A DNA stretch of 64,000 nucleotides, taken from the NCBI GenBank assembly GCA_963706595.1, contig OY970166.1:1504001-1568000 (forward strand), read 5' to 3'. How positions within the stretch are numbered: the first letter of the stretch is position 1; each line of letters begins with the position of its first letter. Shown here in pieces: positions 21,091-31,865 of the stretch. The DNA is from an uncultured cyanobacterium (lineage in GTDB: Bacteria > Cyanobacteriota > Cyanobacteriia > Cyanobacteriales > Nostocaceae). A program made the translations under genes and the position numbers. The notes beneath the pieces were generated by a model, which saw only the letters and a program-made list of their open reading frames with translations, searched no databases and was not told the origin of the DNA.

Positions 21091-21549
21091 ATGAAACTCC
21101 AGCTATTCGCGGCTTTAGCCTTAGCGACTCCCCTAATTTTTAGTAGCATAGTTAAAGCTGGCAATTCCCAGGACTTACAAAAGCTAAATTTGACTAGAGA
21201 ATGTGTCCAGTGCGATTTATCAGGAGTTAACCTCAGAGGCGCGCATTTAATTGGTGCTGACTTACGAGGAGCAAATCTCTCTGGAGCTAACCTCGAAGGA
21301 GTCAATCTCGAAGGCGCAGACTTAACTAATGCGAATTTGAAAGGTGCAAATTTAACTTCAGCTATGCTGACTAACGTTAATTTCAAACAAGCCAATCTCG
21401 ACGGAGCAAATCTGACTCGCGCTCAAATTTACGACTCTAATGTATACGGAGCATCAATGGATCAGATGATCATCACTGATGCCGAAATCTATCACACTGG
21501 CATCGGTATTGGTGGAGATGAAGCTAAGATGTTACCCGATTGGGACTAG
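21091..21549 (+). CDS. Secreted pentapeptide repeat protein
   Basis: Signal peptide, CVQCDL and A(N/D)Lxx repeats. Confidence 0.92.
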   Translation: MKLQLFAALALATPLIFSSIVKAGNSQDLQKLNLTRECVQCDLSGVNLRGAHLIGADLRGANLSGANLEGVNLEGADLTNANLKGANLTSAMLTNVNFKQANLDGANLTRAQIYDSNVYGASMDQMIITDAEIYHTGIGIGGDEAKMLPDWD

Positions 21550-21770
21550 TACCGCAAGGCGGAAGTCAAAAGTTTACCATGAGCGCAGCCGAAGGGTCAA
21601 AAGTCTAAAGTCAAAAAAATTATTCGGTGGTAGTTTGATTTTCGCCGTGTTGGACTAGGCTGAAGTCTAAAAAAATATAAATTAAGTTGGGCATAGGGAT
21701 AAAAGAAATTGCTATTGGCAAGCAATATCCCTAAGTTCGCCCTTGTTAAGAATATTTGACTTAAAAGAAA

Positions 21771-21875
21771 TATAGCAATCGCCAAGGAGGTTAAGACATA
21801 AACGGATAATCAAACTTAGACACCACTCGGTTTTTAACCCACTCCCAACTCCCTACTCCCTACTCCCCAGCTATA
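21771..21875. mobile_element. MITE-like element (TATAGC...GCTATA), copy 1
   Basis: Shares TATAGCAA(T/C)CGCCAAGGAGGTTAAGACATAA and the CCCTACT-rich 3' part with 47237-47319. Confidence 0.7.
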
Positions 21876-22473
21876 GCTACTTGTCTTCATTTAGACAAAT
21901 CGAAATATAACCAGACATCAATATCATAAAACAAGTACATTTTTTAGTATAGAGGAATACATAAAAAGTTTTATTACGGATTAATATTAATTATCAATGA
22001 GTTAATTGACGAAGACGGCTTAAGATAGCTTTAATATCAGATAAAATCGGCTTTTAAGCTTGTATAAATGTGAGGTAGTCTGATTTTGGCCTTATTTGTG
22101 CTTGAATGAGTACGACTGTCAGAACCCCGTTGTCAAGATAGGTGGCTATGGGCGGAGTGCAGGCTACGCCAATGTGGCTCACCTTGAGATAGCTGATCTG
22201 ACACGGTAATGCGTCTGTGTAGATTCACAAAATCCCGCACTCAGAAAGCTGATTTTCAAATATCTGGACGCTTTCTGACTTCTCTCCTCATACTGTCTGT
22301 CTACCTTGTAGTTGATGCAGTAGAGTCTGATGAGGCAATTATGGTTATAGGAAACTAAAACCTTTTGTGGATCAAACACAAGTTGTACTAATGCCCTCGT
22401 GCATTGCCTAATCAACAGCCTTCTGGTGGTAATTGTCACAGATTAGATAAACTCAACTGTTAAATTTATAGGA

Positions 22474-22917
22474 GTGAAAATGCAAGAATCAGAATTCACA
22501 GAAACCAAATCTCAAGAGACAGCAGTGCCAAATATCAATAACCAAACAGGAACCATTACCAAACTCCAGCCTCCTGTGCAGTCTCAAGAACAATGGCAAC
22601 AATACGGCGAACAAATTTCTGGTTTTTTAGCAACACTCCCTGAATACCTGGGAAGCTTCTTTAACCAATATAAGCAGCCCCTGGTTAGTGTCGGTTTAAT
22701 TGTGGCCGCAATTGTTTCGGTGAAAGTACTCTTGGCAGTATTAGACTCTTTGAATGATGTTCCTTTAGTCGCACCGACTTTTGAATTGATTGGTATTGGC
22801 TACTCGGCTTGGTTTGTTTACCGCTATTTGCTCAAAGCCTCAACCCGCAAAGAGCTAACTAGTGAAATCACCACGCTGAAATCGCAAGTTGTCGGTAAAA
22901 ATAATCCAGAAGCTTAA
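22474..22917 (+). CDS. CAAD-domain thylakoid curvature protein (CurT-like)
   Basis: LDSLNDVPLVAPTFELIGIGYSAWFVYRYLL..STRKEL CAAD signature. Confidence 0.88.
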   Translation: MKMQESEFTETKSQETAVPNINNQTGTITKLQPPVQSQEQWQQYGEQISGFLATLPEYLGSFFNQYKQPLVSVGLIVAAIVSVKVLLAVLDSLNDVPLVAPTFELIGIGYSAWFVYRYLLKASTRKELTSEITTLKSQVVGKNNPEA

Positions 22918-23003
22918 TATCTTCTTTGTCGCTATCCTTTACTGTACTAGGGTAGCCATTCTCTAAATGTAGCTGTTGACAAAAACTACAATTTATGCAT
23001 ATT

Positions 23004-23029
23004 AAGGCGCTCTTTGAGCGTCTTTTTTT
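23004..23029 (+). terminator. Intrinsic terminator
   Basis: AAGGCGCTC-TTT-GAGCGTCTT followed by a T run. Confidence 0.75.
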
Positions 23030-23271
23030 ATCGGTGATAAATTCAGGCGATCGCTCTCTCGCTTTTTTGTGATTCAGTCATATAGCAAAGTTCTGATTTC
23101 TGAGTATAAACCTAGTCTCTGTAAGGTTTTGAGATATCAACACTGTTATAACCGATATGGCTAAGGCTATATATTGCGATCGCCTTGCTGCTGCGATCGC
23201 CTCCGGCGGGGCGAGCTTATCGCACTGGCTCAGGAACTTGTAGAATATAGGCGATCGCCCGATCTAATCCT

Positions 23272-25698
23272 TTAATTACGAATTATTTTCTTAGCGAATT
23301 GCCAAAGTAAATAAAACGGTAAAGTTACAATACCCAGTAAAATTTGTAGAAACTGATTGAGCCGTCGTTTCCAAATAGCAATGGGAGTTAACTTTTTTCG
23401 CAGAATTGCCAAGTTTTCTCTAATTGTCGCTGTAGTGGGATGATTAACCCCTAATACCCGTTGACACATCTCCAAGGCTTGAATGTAGAGGGGTTCGGCA
23501 TCACTGTAGCGCCCTTGACTATAGTAGAGTAAGGCTAAATTGTTCAAGCTAGTAGCCAGATCAGGATGGTCGCCGACAAACAAGCGCTGTCTCATCTCCA
23601 AGGCTTGAATGAAACGGGGTTCGGCTTCACTGTACCGCCCTTGACTGTTGTAGAGAAGAGCTAAATTGTTCAAGCTAGTAGCCAGATCAGGATGGTCGTC
23701 GGCAAACAAGCGCTGTCTCATCTCCAAGGCTTGAATGAAACGGGGTTCGGCATCACTATACCGCCCTTGAATATCGTAGAGTGCAGCTAAATTGTTCAAG
23801 CTAGTAGCGACATCAGGATTGTCGCCGCCAAACAAACGCTGTCTCATCTCCAAGGCTTGAATGAAACAGGGTTCGGCATCACTGTACCGCCCTTGACTGT
23901 TGTAGAGTGCAGCTAAATTGTTCAAGCTATTAGCCAGATCAGGATGGTCGCCGACAAACAAGCGCTGTCTCATCTCCAAGGCTTGAATGAAACGGGGTTC
24001 GGCATCACTGTACCGCCCTTGATTGTTGTAGAGTGCAGCTAAATTGTTCAAGCTAGTAGCGACATCAGGATTGTCGCCGCCAAACAAGCGCTGTCTCATC
24101 TCCAAGGCTTGAATGAAGAGGGGTTCGGCTTCACTGTAACGCCCTTGATTGTTGTAGAGTGCAGCTAAATTGTTTAAGCTAGTAGCGACATTAGGATGGT
24201 CGCCGACAAATAAAGCTTGGCAAACATTGACACATTTCTCATACCAAGGTTCTGCTAATTGATATAGTCCTTGTCCTTTATAAAATCTTGTTACTCCTAC
24301 AAATATCCCAATTACTTGATTATTGGGAACTGATGCTGGGGAATTTATCTGTGTTTCACCTGCTTGCTTAATCTCAGCAATTATCCTATTTCCCAAGTCT
24401 TCAATATGGGGAACAACATCCTTGATGCGTTCGATATCCTCAGAAGTGGGTGATTGGGGAAGGCTTTGAGCTACCGTTATCATGGCAGAAGCAAAGGTTG
24501 TTTCTAAAACTGATTTTATTTCCCCAGAATTAGTTAACTGTTCTTGCAAGAACCATTGCACCAAAGCATGAATTTTATAATATTCTCCTTCTGTAGCTTC
24601 TACCAGTTGCAGCAAGTTACGTGCGTAAAGTTGCTTTTTGGCTGCGTTTATTTCCTCTTGTGACCAAGTTAGTTGTGTTGCTGCTGCATCTTCTGCTTTC
24701 CCGCCATCTGTCGCCACCCAATTCACCAAATCCCAAAGAATCTGTTGGGGAGCAAATAAACTCAAAAATTTTCCTAATTGTTGTGTGAGGGGGTCAAGTT
24801 TTTCCCAAGTTAAGGTAAACGCTGCTTTGACTCCCAGTTGCGCTTGACCAATGGTAGAATCTGGCTCTCTTTGTAAAGATATTTCAGCTAATTTTTGGGT
24901 TTTTAACCTCTCAAACATTGTATTCAGAGATAGTCCTGGGTCACGGACTAAATAACCTCCGACTAACTCTATCCCCAAAGGTAAATATTCCAGACATTTA
25001 CATATTGCAGTTGCAGCTTCTAATTGATTTTCAACTCGCTTGTCTTTGTTCCCTAACAATCGTTTTAACAGTTCTAATGCTTGTCCTGGTTCTTTTTCTG
25101 GAGAAAGAACATCTAAAGAAATCTCTTGAATAAAATTCGGGTCTAAATTTCGTTGTATGGTTGTCACCAAAACGCGAAAGCGTTGATCTTCGGGTAAGAC
25201 TTGGCGGAGGTTGGCTAAGTCTGTGACATCATCGAAGACTATTAATATAGGCAAGGTAGAGTCAGGATATCTAGACCAACACCAAGCAACTTGTTCTTTT
25301 AGGCTTAACAGTTTGCCCCCTAGTTCTTGGGGAATCTTGAAACCAAGATTGATAAAAAATTCCAAGATTTCAGCAGCAAGATTACTGTTGCGATCATTGA
25401 ACCAAGCAATACCGCCATAATTATCTTGATATCTTTTGGCGTATTGGGTAACTAATTCGGTTTTACCTACGCCTCCCATCCCTGAAATTGCCACATAATT
25501 TCCACGCTGCAAGTCTTCATGCACTCGTGTCAGTTCCTGTTCACGTCCGACGAAATGAACAGAACCACGATCAGGAATATATTTTGTGGGAGTTAACTGT
25601 TTCTGACCCTGAATAATTTGAGTATCAATGTTAACTTGACTACCAGGAGCAGCATAAGCACCAATTTTGTCCGCAAGCTTCCCAGAGTCGTTAAACAT
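23272..25698 (-). CDS. NLR-like STAND protein: short N-terminal motif, NB-ARC, TPR array, C-terminal hydrophobic tail
   Basis: FVGRE, GMGGVGKT (Walker A), LIVFDDV (Walker B), VLVTT, YLPLGI, IHALVQ; six near-identical 42-aa TPRs (TSLNNLAALY..QGRYSEAEP). Confidence 0.92.
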   Translation of the reverse strand: MFNDSGKLADKIGAYAAPGSQVNIDTQIIQGQKQLTPTKYIPDRGSVHFVGREQELTRVHEDLQRGNYVAISGMGGVGKTELVTQYAKRYQDNYGGIAWFNDRNSNLAAEILEFFINLGFKIPQELGGKLLSLKEQVAWCWSRYPDSTLPILIVFDDVTDLANLRQVLPEDQRFRVLVTTIQRNLDPNFIQEISLDVLSPEKEPGQALELLKRLLGNKDKRVENQLEAATAICKCLEYLPLGIELVGGYLVRDPGLSLNTMFERLKTQKLAEISLQREPDSTIGQAQLGVKAAFTLTWEKLDPLTQQLGKFLSLFAPQQILWDLVNWVATDGGKAEDAAATQLTWSQEEINAAKKQLYARNLLQLVEATEGEYYKIHALVQWFLQEQLTNSGEIKSVLETTFASAMITVAQSLPQSPTSEDIERIKDVVPHIEDLGNRIIAEIKQAGETQINSPASVPNNQVIGIFVGVTRFYKGQGLYQLAEPWYEKCVNVCQALFVGDHPNVATSLNNLAALYNNQGRYSEAEPLFIQALEMRQRLFGGDNPDVATSLNNLAALYNNQGRYSDAEPRFIQALEMRQRLFVGDHPDLANSLNNLAALYNSQGRYSDAEPCFIQALEMRQRLFGGDNPDVATSLNNLAALYDIQGRYSDAEPRFIQALEMRQRLFADDHPDLATSLNNLALLYNSQGRYSEAEPRFIQALEMRQRLFVGDHPDLATSLNNLALLYYSQGRYSDAEPLYIQALEMCQRVLGVNHPTTATIRENLAILRKKLTPIAIWKRRLNQFLQILLGIVTLPFYLLWQFAKKIIRN
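23450..24215. repeat. Six near-identical 126-bp tandem repeats encoding the TPRs
   Basis: CATCTCCAAGGCTTGAATG recurs every 126 bp. Confidence 0.9.
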
Positions 25699-25719
25699 AA
25701 ATATTTCAGATAAAAATAA

Positions 25720-26015
25720 TCATTGTGGGGTGGGTGTCCTCACCTCACTTTTCACATCATCTGGAAAAACCAAAGCGAAACCTAACCCCCTAGCCCCCTT
25801 CCCTACCAGGGAAGGGGGAAAATTCAAAGCCTCTCCAATATCAAAGTTTTTCCTTTTCCCTCTCCTCGTAGGAGAGGGCTAGGGAGAGGTAGGGGAGCGG
25901 TTTGGAGAGAGGTTTTCCAAATCCTGTCCTCACCCGCCCAAAACAGGCAAGACTTGTACTGAGCTTGTCGTTCGCGTAGCGTGGCGTTAGCCATAGTATG
26001 CCTGTTCCACAAGAA
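25720..26015. repeat. Cluster of nested palindromic and short dispersed repeats
   Basis: CCCCCTTCCCT-ACC-AGGGAAGGGGG and CCCTCTCCT-CGT-AGGAGAGGG hairpins; GC-rich inserts within AGGCAAGA^TGCCTG. Confidence 0.7.
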
Positions 26016-26036
26016 AATTGAAGACAATACTTCAGC

Positions 26037-26435
26037 TTAAAAAGACTGATTTTGAATATTTCCTGTCCCTCCAGGCATGACTACCTGACCAATTTTGTCA
26101 GCCAACTTTTGCAGATTAGGCATAGCCAGAATTTCTGCAAACTTGGGATTGGGTTCTGCTTTTGCGGCTGCTGCCAATTCCTGTGCAGCTTGTGCCACTT
26201 CCGGATCAGCCTGCGCCGCAGATTCCACCTCAATAACAGCTTTGCCATAATCTAGGGGTTGTTCTGGTGCTTTCTCAATTGCAACGACAGTTTGAGGAGA
26301 GTGTTTTCTCAGCTTGACAAGAAATTGACCAGTTTTATCCCATAAAACATCGCATACCTTTTCGCCCGTTTTTTCTAAGGCTTTGGTGGCGACTACAGAC
26401 CCAATGGCGATCGCAGCAGTAGTTAAAGGTTCCAT
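26037..26435 (-). CDS. Small alpha-helical protein, putative NLR effector (Bell/HeLo-like N-terminus) with a C-terminal motif matching the NLR N-terminus
   Basis: N-terminal hydrophobic helix MEPLTTAAIAIGSVVATKALEK; C-terminus KLADKIGQVVMPGGTGNIQNQSF. Confidence 0.75.
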   Translation of the reverse strand: MEPLTTAAIAIGSVVATKALEKTGEKVCDVLWDKTGQFLVKLRKHSPQTVVAIEKAPEQPLDYGKAVIEVESAAQADPEVAQAAQELAAAAKAEPNPKFAEILAMPNLQKLADKIGQVVMPGGTGNIQNQSF

Positions 26436-26615
26436 CTTCTTGAGGTAGAGGCTATTCTTTATAATACATAGCTTTTATGTATAATTTCGTAATTAAAGGG
26501 ATGTGGGCAAGTTGGGAAGAAGAGGGAGAAGATTATCGCACTCGCCCAAAGTCTTCCCCCTGAAACCTGCACTTGATGCCGTTTTACCTTGTCTGCTGGC
26601 AATTTCTGAGCCTAT

Positions 26616-27902
26616 TTACAAGACGCGCAGTAAACTGGGAATACTATCGATCGCCTCTAAATTCTGAATTTCTGCCAAGGCTTGTCGGAAATCGCCTTCT
26701 CGCACATCGTGAGTGACAACCACAATTTCTGCTAGTCCTCCCTGAAAGCCTGTTTGGACTACTGACTCTAAACTCACGCCATAGTTACCAAAGCAAGTAC
26801 CCAATTTACCAATGACTCCGGGTTGGTCTTTAGTCAGGAACCGGGCATAAAATCGCGTTACAAGTTCGGTGATGGGTGCAATTTCACAGTAATCTTGGTG
26901 TCCACAAGTTAATAGTGGATTGGGGTTAGTTGTACTGGTTTTGAGAACAGCAACTAAATTCAAGATATCCGAGGTGACGGCACTAGCTGTCGCACCCGCA
27001 CCTGCACCGGGGCCAAAAAACATTACCTGCCCTATGGGTTCTCCTTCTACGAGAATGGCATTATAAACACCATTAATACTGGCTAACGGATGTGTTTTGG
27101 CTACTAAAGTGGGATGCACTCTGACGGAGAGGGGAGATGAAGGTGTGTATTGTTTAGCGATCGCTAACAATTTAATCACAAATCCCAATTTTTCGGCGTA
27201 GGTAATATCTGTCTTACTAACTTGCCGAATGCCTTCACAATAAACATCTTCTAAATTGATGCGTCCATCAAAGCCTAATGATGCCAGAATAGCAATTTTA
27301 TCGGCTGCGTCTAAACCGTCTACATCTGCCGTGGGATCAGCTTCGGCATAACCTAATCTTTGAGCATCAGCTAAGACATCACTGAAGTTGCTGCCTTCGG
27401 TTTGCATCCTGGTGAGGATGTAGTTAGTTGTACCGTTAACGATGCCTGTAATAGTATTAATACGGTTAACGCTTAAGGACTGCTTGAGGGGTTGAATCAC
27501 TGGGATTCCGCCGCCTACAGCCGCTTCTAACATCACATATACCCCGGCTTGGTTGGCAGTTGTAAAGATTTCTGCCCCAAAACGCGCGATCGCGGCTTTA
27601 TTGGCGGTGACGACGTGTTTACCATTTTTTAAAGCTTGGAGAATGAGCGATCGCGCTGGTTCCAGTCCCCCAATCAACTCCACAACAATATCTACCGCCG
27701 GGTCATTGACAATAGACTCTAAATCTGTAGTTAAGACATCGGCTGGTAATTCTACATCCCGAATTTTAGCAAGCGATCGCACACCCACGCGATATATTTC
27801 TACTTCCTGCAATAACGGGTTGCGTCCCACCACATCTTGCAGTAACTGCACCGTACCTGTGCCGACAGTGCCTAAACCTAATATTCCTAGTTTCACTCCC
27901 AC
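26616..27902 (-). CDS. hom: Homoserine dehydrogenase with C-terminal ACT domain
   Basis: GLGTVG, VVTANK, EAAVGGGIP, NGTTNYIL, GYAEADP, GPGAG. Confidence 0.96.
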   Translation of the reverse strand: MGVKLGILGLGTVGTGTVQLLQDVVGRNPLLQEVEIYRVGVRSLAKIRDVELPADVLTTDLESIVNDPAVDIVVELIGGLEPARSLILQALKNGKHVVTANKAAIARFGAEIFTTANQAGVYVMLEAAVGGGIPVIQPLKQSLSVNRINTITGIVNGTTNYILTRMQTEGSNFSDVLADAQRLGYAEADPTADVDGLDAADKIAILASLGFDGRINLEDVYCEGIRQVSKTDITYAEKLGFVIKLLAIAKQYTPSSPLSVRVHPTLVAKTHPLASINGVYNAILVEGEPIGQVMFFGPGAGAGATASAVTSDILNLVAVLKTSTTNPNPLLTCGHQDYCEIAPITELVTRFYARFLTKDQPGVIGKLGTCFGNYGVSLESVVQTGFQGGLAEIVVVTHDVREGDFRQALAEIQNLEAIDSIPSLLRVL

Positions 27903-28073
27903 AAATTTTGCACCCTATTTTTTGAGTTCTGAGAGCAACATTCTGAGTGCTTCCTGATTTATACTAATTAGCCTGCTAATCACGGCTTTGTTGGTATAAG
28001 CCCCAGAAATTGCTTCCTGTGGGTAAATCCAGCACTGAGAATTCTGTTCTCAGTCTGTCTATATAAAACAATT

Positions 28074-28103
28074 GTAGGGTGAGTCAAGAATAACCCACCC
28101 TAC
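28074..28103 (-). terminator. Hairpin downstream of petH
   Basis: GTAGGGTGAGT...ACCCACCCTAC inverted repeat. Confidence 0.55.
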
Positions 28104-28162
28104 TTATTAATGATTATCCTTTGTTAATCGCCGCCGTCTAATAACTAAAGCTATAGACTAAC

Positions 28163-29527
<1,365 letters not shown>

Positions 29528-29695
29528 TTAACCGTTTCTCAAAAAAAAATTCTTTCCTTTTACCAGTTTTAGTGTACCGAATTTTCGGATACCAAAACTA
29601 GCTCTCCGGGAAAGCGGCATCATGAGCTAATGCCGTGCTAGGTTCACTCACCAAAGACATACAAGGATAGCAAAAAACACACCTGTTCCCCTTCT

Positions 29696-29737
29696 AAGGT
29701 AAAGGATAAGCCTTTGGCAGAATGTTAATAATGAGTC
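29696..29737 (-). promoter_or_regulatory. Putative NtcA-type class II promoter of petH
   Basis: On the minus strand GAC-N8-AAC (29737-29724, imperfect GTA-N8-TAC), 22-nt spacer, then TACCTT -10 box (29701-29696). Confidence 0.5.
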
Positions 29738-30530
29738 AATTTAATCTTTTTTTCGTGAACTGCTATTCCTATCAAGGAGATAGCTTTCAACCACCCAAAG
29801 GGCAAGACCCAATGACCTATAGCTTGGCAGTTTCCTTTTATACGACTATTAAAATAGACTTACCTTTCGGTAACACTGGCTGAAACTCCTATATCCTGCT
29901 GGAAAAAAAACAGGGTTTTGGGCTTCTAGTCTTAACTCAGAAACACCTACAATCAGTTTCACTTGATGTGAAACATCTGTCAACCTCTATGAGTGCCTTG
30001 CTCAAATGAGCGCCTGAAACTCTGATGATGCGGATTGTGTAACCTGATCATTCTGAGGTTGAATCTGTCGAGCATTGCCATAGCGCTCAGGCAAATTTTC
30101 CCCTGATCAGAATAAGTTTGCTACTCAAATAAATTATACTTGATCAACTTGACGCATTTAGGACAAAACTCAGTAGACGAAGTTGACACATCACTTTTAG
30201 GGGTGATCACAGGTGGCTGAAAATTGATAATTTAATCATTAGTGATGCTTGGAAAAGCAGGAGATTGTTTATGACAGCAAATCTTGTTATAGAATACCCC
30301 CTTCTGTTAAAATCAAATACACCACTAGGATTAAATACTTACCAGCCAGCAAGGAATTAAGTATAAGTCGGATGAGAGACAACTATAGTTTAGTTGTATG
30401 CCCATCTAGATATTCCATAGCCCTGCTGAGTAGCAAAAACACAGGATCAACCAATGGGGTAAACTCCTGGTTTAAAAATCTTCTGTGTGAAAAAATATTG
30501 ATTGACACATTTAGTATTTAGAGGAAATTT

Positions 30531-31535
30531 ATGACAACTAAGCCGGAACGCGTGGTATTGATTGGAGTAGCCGGAGACTCTGGATGCGGTAAATCTACCT
30601 TTTTACGTCGTTTAATAGATTTATTTGGTGAAGAGTTCATGACGGTTATCTGCTTAGATGACTATCATTCCCTAGACCGCAAACAGCGCAAAGAGACTGG
30701 GATAACTGCACTTGACCCCAGAGCGAATAATTTTGACCTGATGTATGAGCAAATCAAAGCGCTTAAAGAAGGTCAAGTGATTTCAAAACCGATTTATAAC
30801 CACGAAACCGGGATGATTGATCCACCGGAGCGTGTGGAACCAAATCACATCATCGTTGTGGAAGGTCTCCATCCTTTATATGATGAGCGCGTGCGATCGC
30901 TACTTGATTTCAGTGTCTATTTCGATATTAGTGATGAAGTCAAAATTGCCTGGAAAATCCAACGCGATATGGCAGAAAGAGGACATCGTTACGAAGATGT
31001 CTTAGCTCAAATCAATTCTCGTAAACCCGATTTTGAAAAATTCATTGAGCCACAAAGAGAATACGCTGATGTAGTGCTTCAGGTATTACCTACAAACCTG
31101 ATTAAGAATGATACAGAACGTAAGGTGCTGCGGGTACGTATGCTCCAACGTGAAGGCAAAGAAGGCTTCGAGCCAACCTACCTATTTGATGAAGGGTCAA
31201 CAATTAACTGGACTCCCTGCGGACGTAAACTAACTTGTTCATACCCCGGTATGCAAGTATATTATGGTTCTGATGTCTACTACGGTCGCTACGTCTCAGT
31301 ATTAGAAGTAGACGGTCAATTCGACAACCTAGATGAAGTTATTTATATCGAAACCCATCTAAGTAAGACATCCACAAAATATGAAGGTGAGATGACTCAC
31401 TTGCTACTTCAACACCGCGAGTATCCAGGTTCCAATAACGGAACTGGGTTGTTCCAAGTGCTGACAGGGTTGAAAATGCGCGCCGCCTACGAGCGCTTGA
31501 CAGCAAAAGAAGCCAAACTAGCAGTTCAAGTTTAA
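30531..31535 (+). CDS. prk: Phosphoribulokinase (class II)
   Basis: GVAGDSGCGKSTF, CLDDYHSLDR, EGLHP, WKIQRDMAERGH, CGRKLTCSYPG. Confidence 0.97.
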   Translation: MTTKPERVVLIGVAGDSGCGKSTFLRRLIDLFGEEFMTVICLDDYHSLDRKQRKETGITALDPRANNFDLMYEQIKALKEGQVISKPIYNHETGMIDPPERVEPNHIIVVEGLHPLYDERVRSLLDFSVYFDISDEVKIAWKIQRDMAERGHRYEDVLAQINSRKPDFEKFIEPQREYADVVLQVLPTNLIKNDTERKVLRVRMLQREGKEGFEPTYLFDEGSTINWTPCGRKLTCSYPGMQVYYGSDVYYGRYVSVLEVDGQFDNLDEVIYIETHLSKTSTKYEGEMTHLLLQHREYPGSNNGTGLFQVLTGLKMRAAYERLTAKEAKLAVQV

Positions 31536-31865
31536 GTCAGCAGTGCTTGTGGCGCAGATTTCGGGGGTACTTCTGGGTTTCCCCCTTTCTTAGATAAAAA
31601 AATAATATTTACTGCTAATCACCTATCTCTCACCATTTGCCATACTACAAGTTTTGTCATCAGAGCATTGAAAATGCTGATAGATACCAGTAATAAAATC
31701 TGATTCTATTCGCCAAATACTTAATCTAAATGTGTAACTTTTAAAAAATAAAGTAAATACTAACTGCTGAGTGCGTAAATCTTGTTATGATTTCATAAAT
31801 TAGCTGCTGAACTAAATATTAACCAAATTTAGCCAGCAACAATCTTTGAAAAGGAGGAATCCTCT

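Noticed and set aside
23450..24215. Regular repeats as a possible CRISPR array or DGR template/variable pair
   Set aside because: Contiguous 126-bp coding TPR units with no unique spacers; no cas or reverse transcriptase gene in the window.
27553..27957. Short antisense ORFs within hom, acnB, pcrA, DUF389 and other genes
   Set aside because: Shadows of well-supported genes on the opposite strand.
30249..30521. 90-aa ORF upstream of prk (likewise 15184-15444, 16162-16401, 20848-21075, 22179-22439)
   Set aside because: No RBS or family signal; they lie in long promoter/leader regions typical of Nostocales.
31540..31865. SAM riboswitch upstream of metK
   Set aside because: AT-rich; no SAM-I/II consensus elements recognised.
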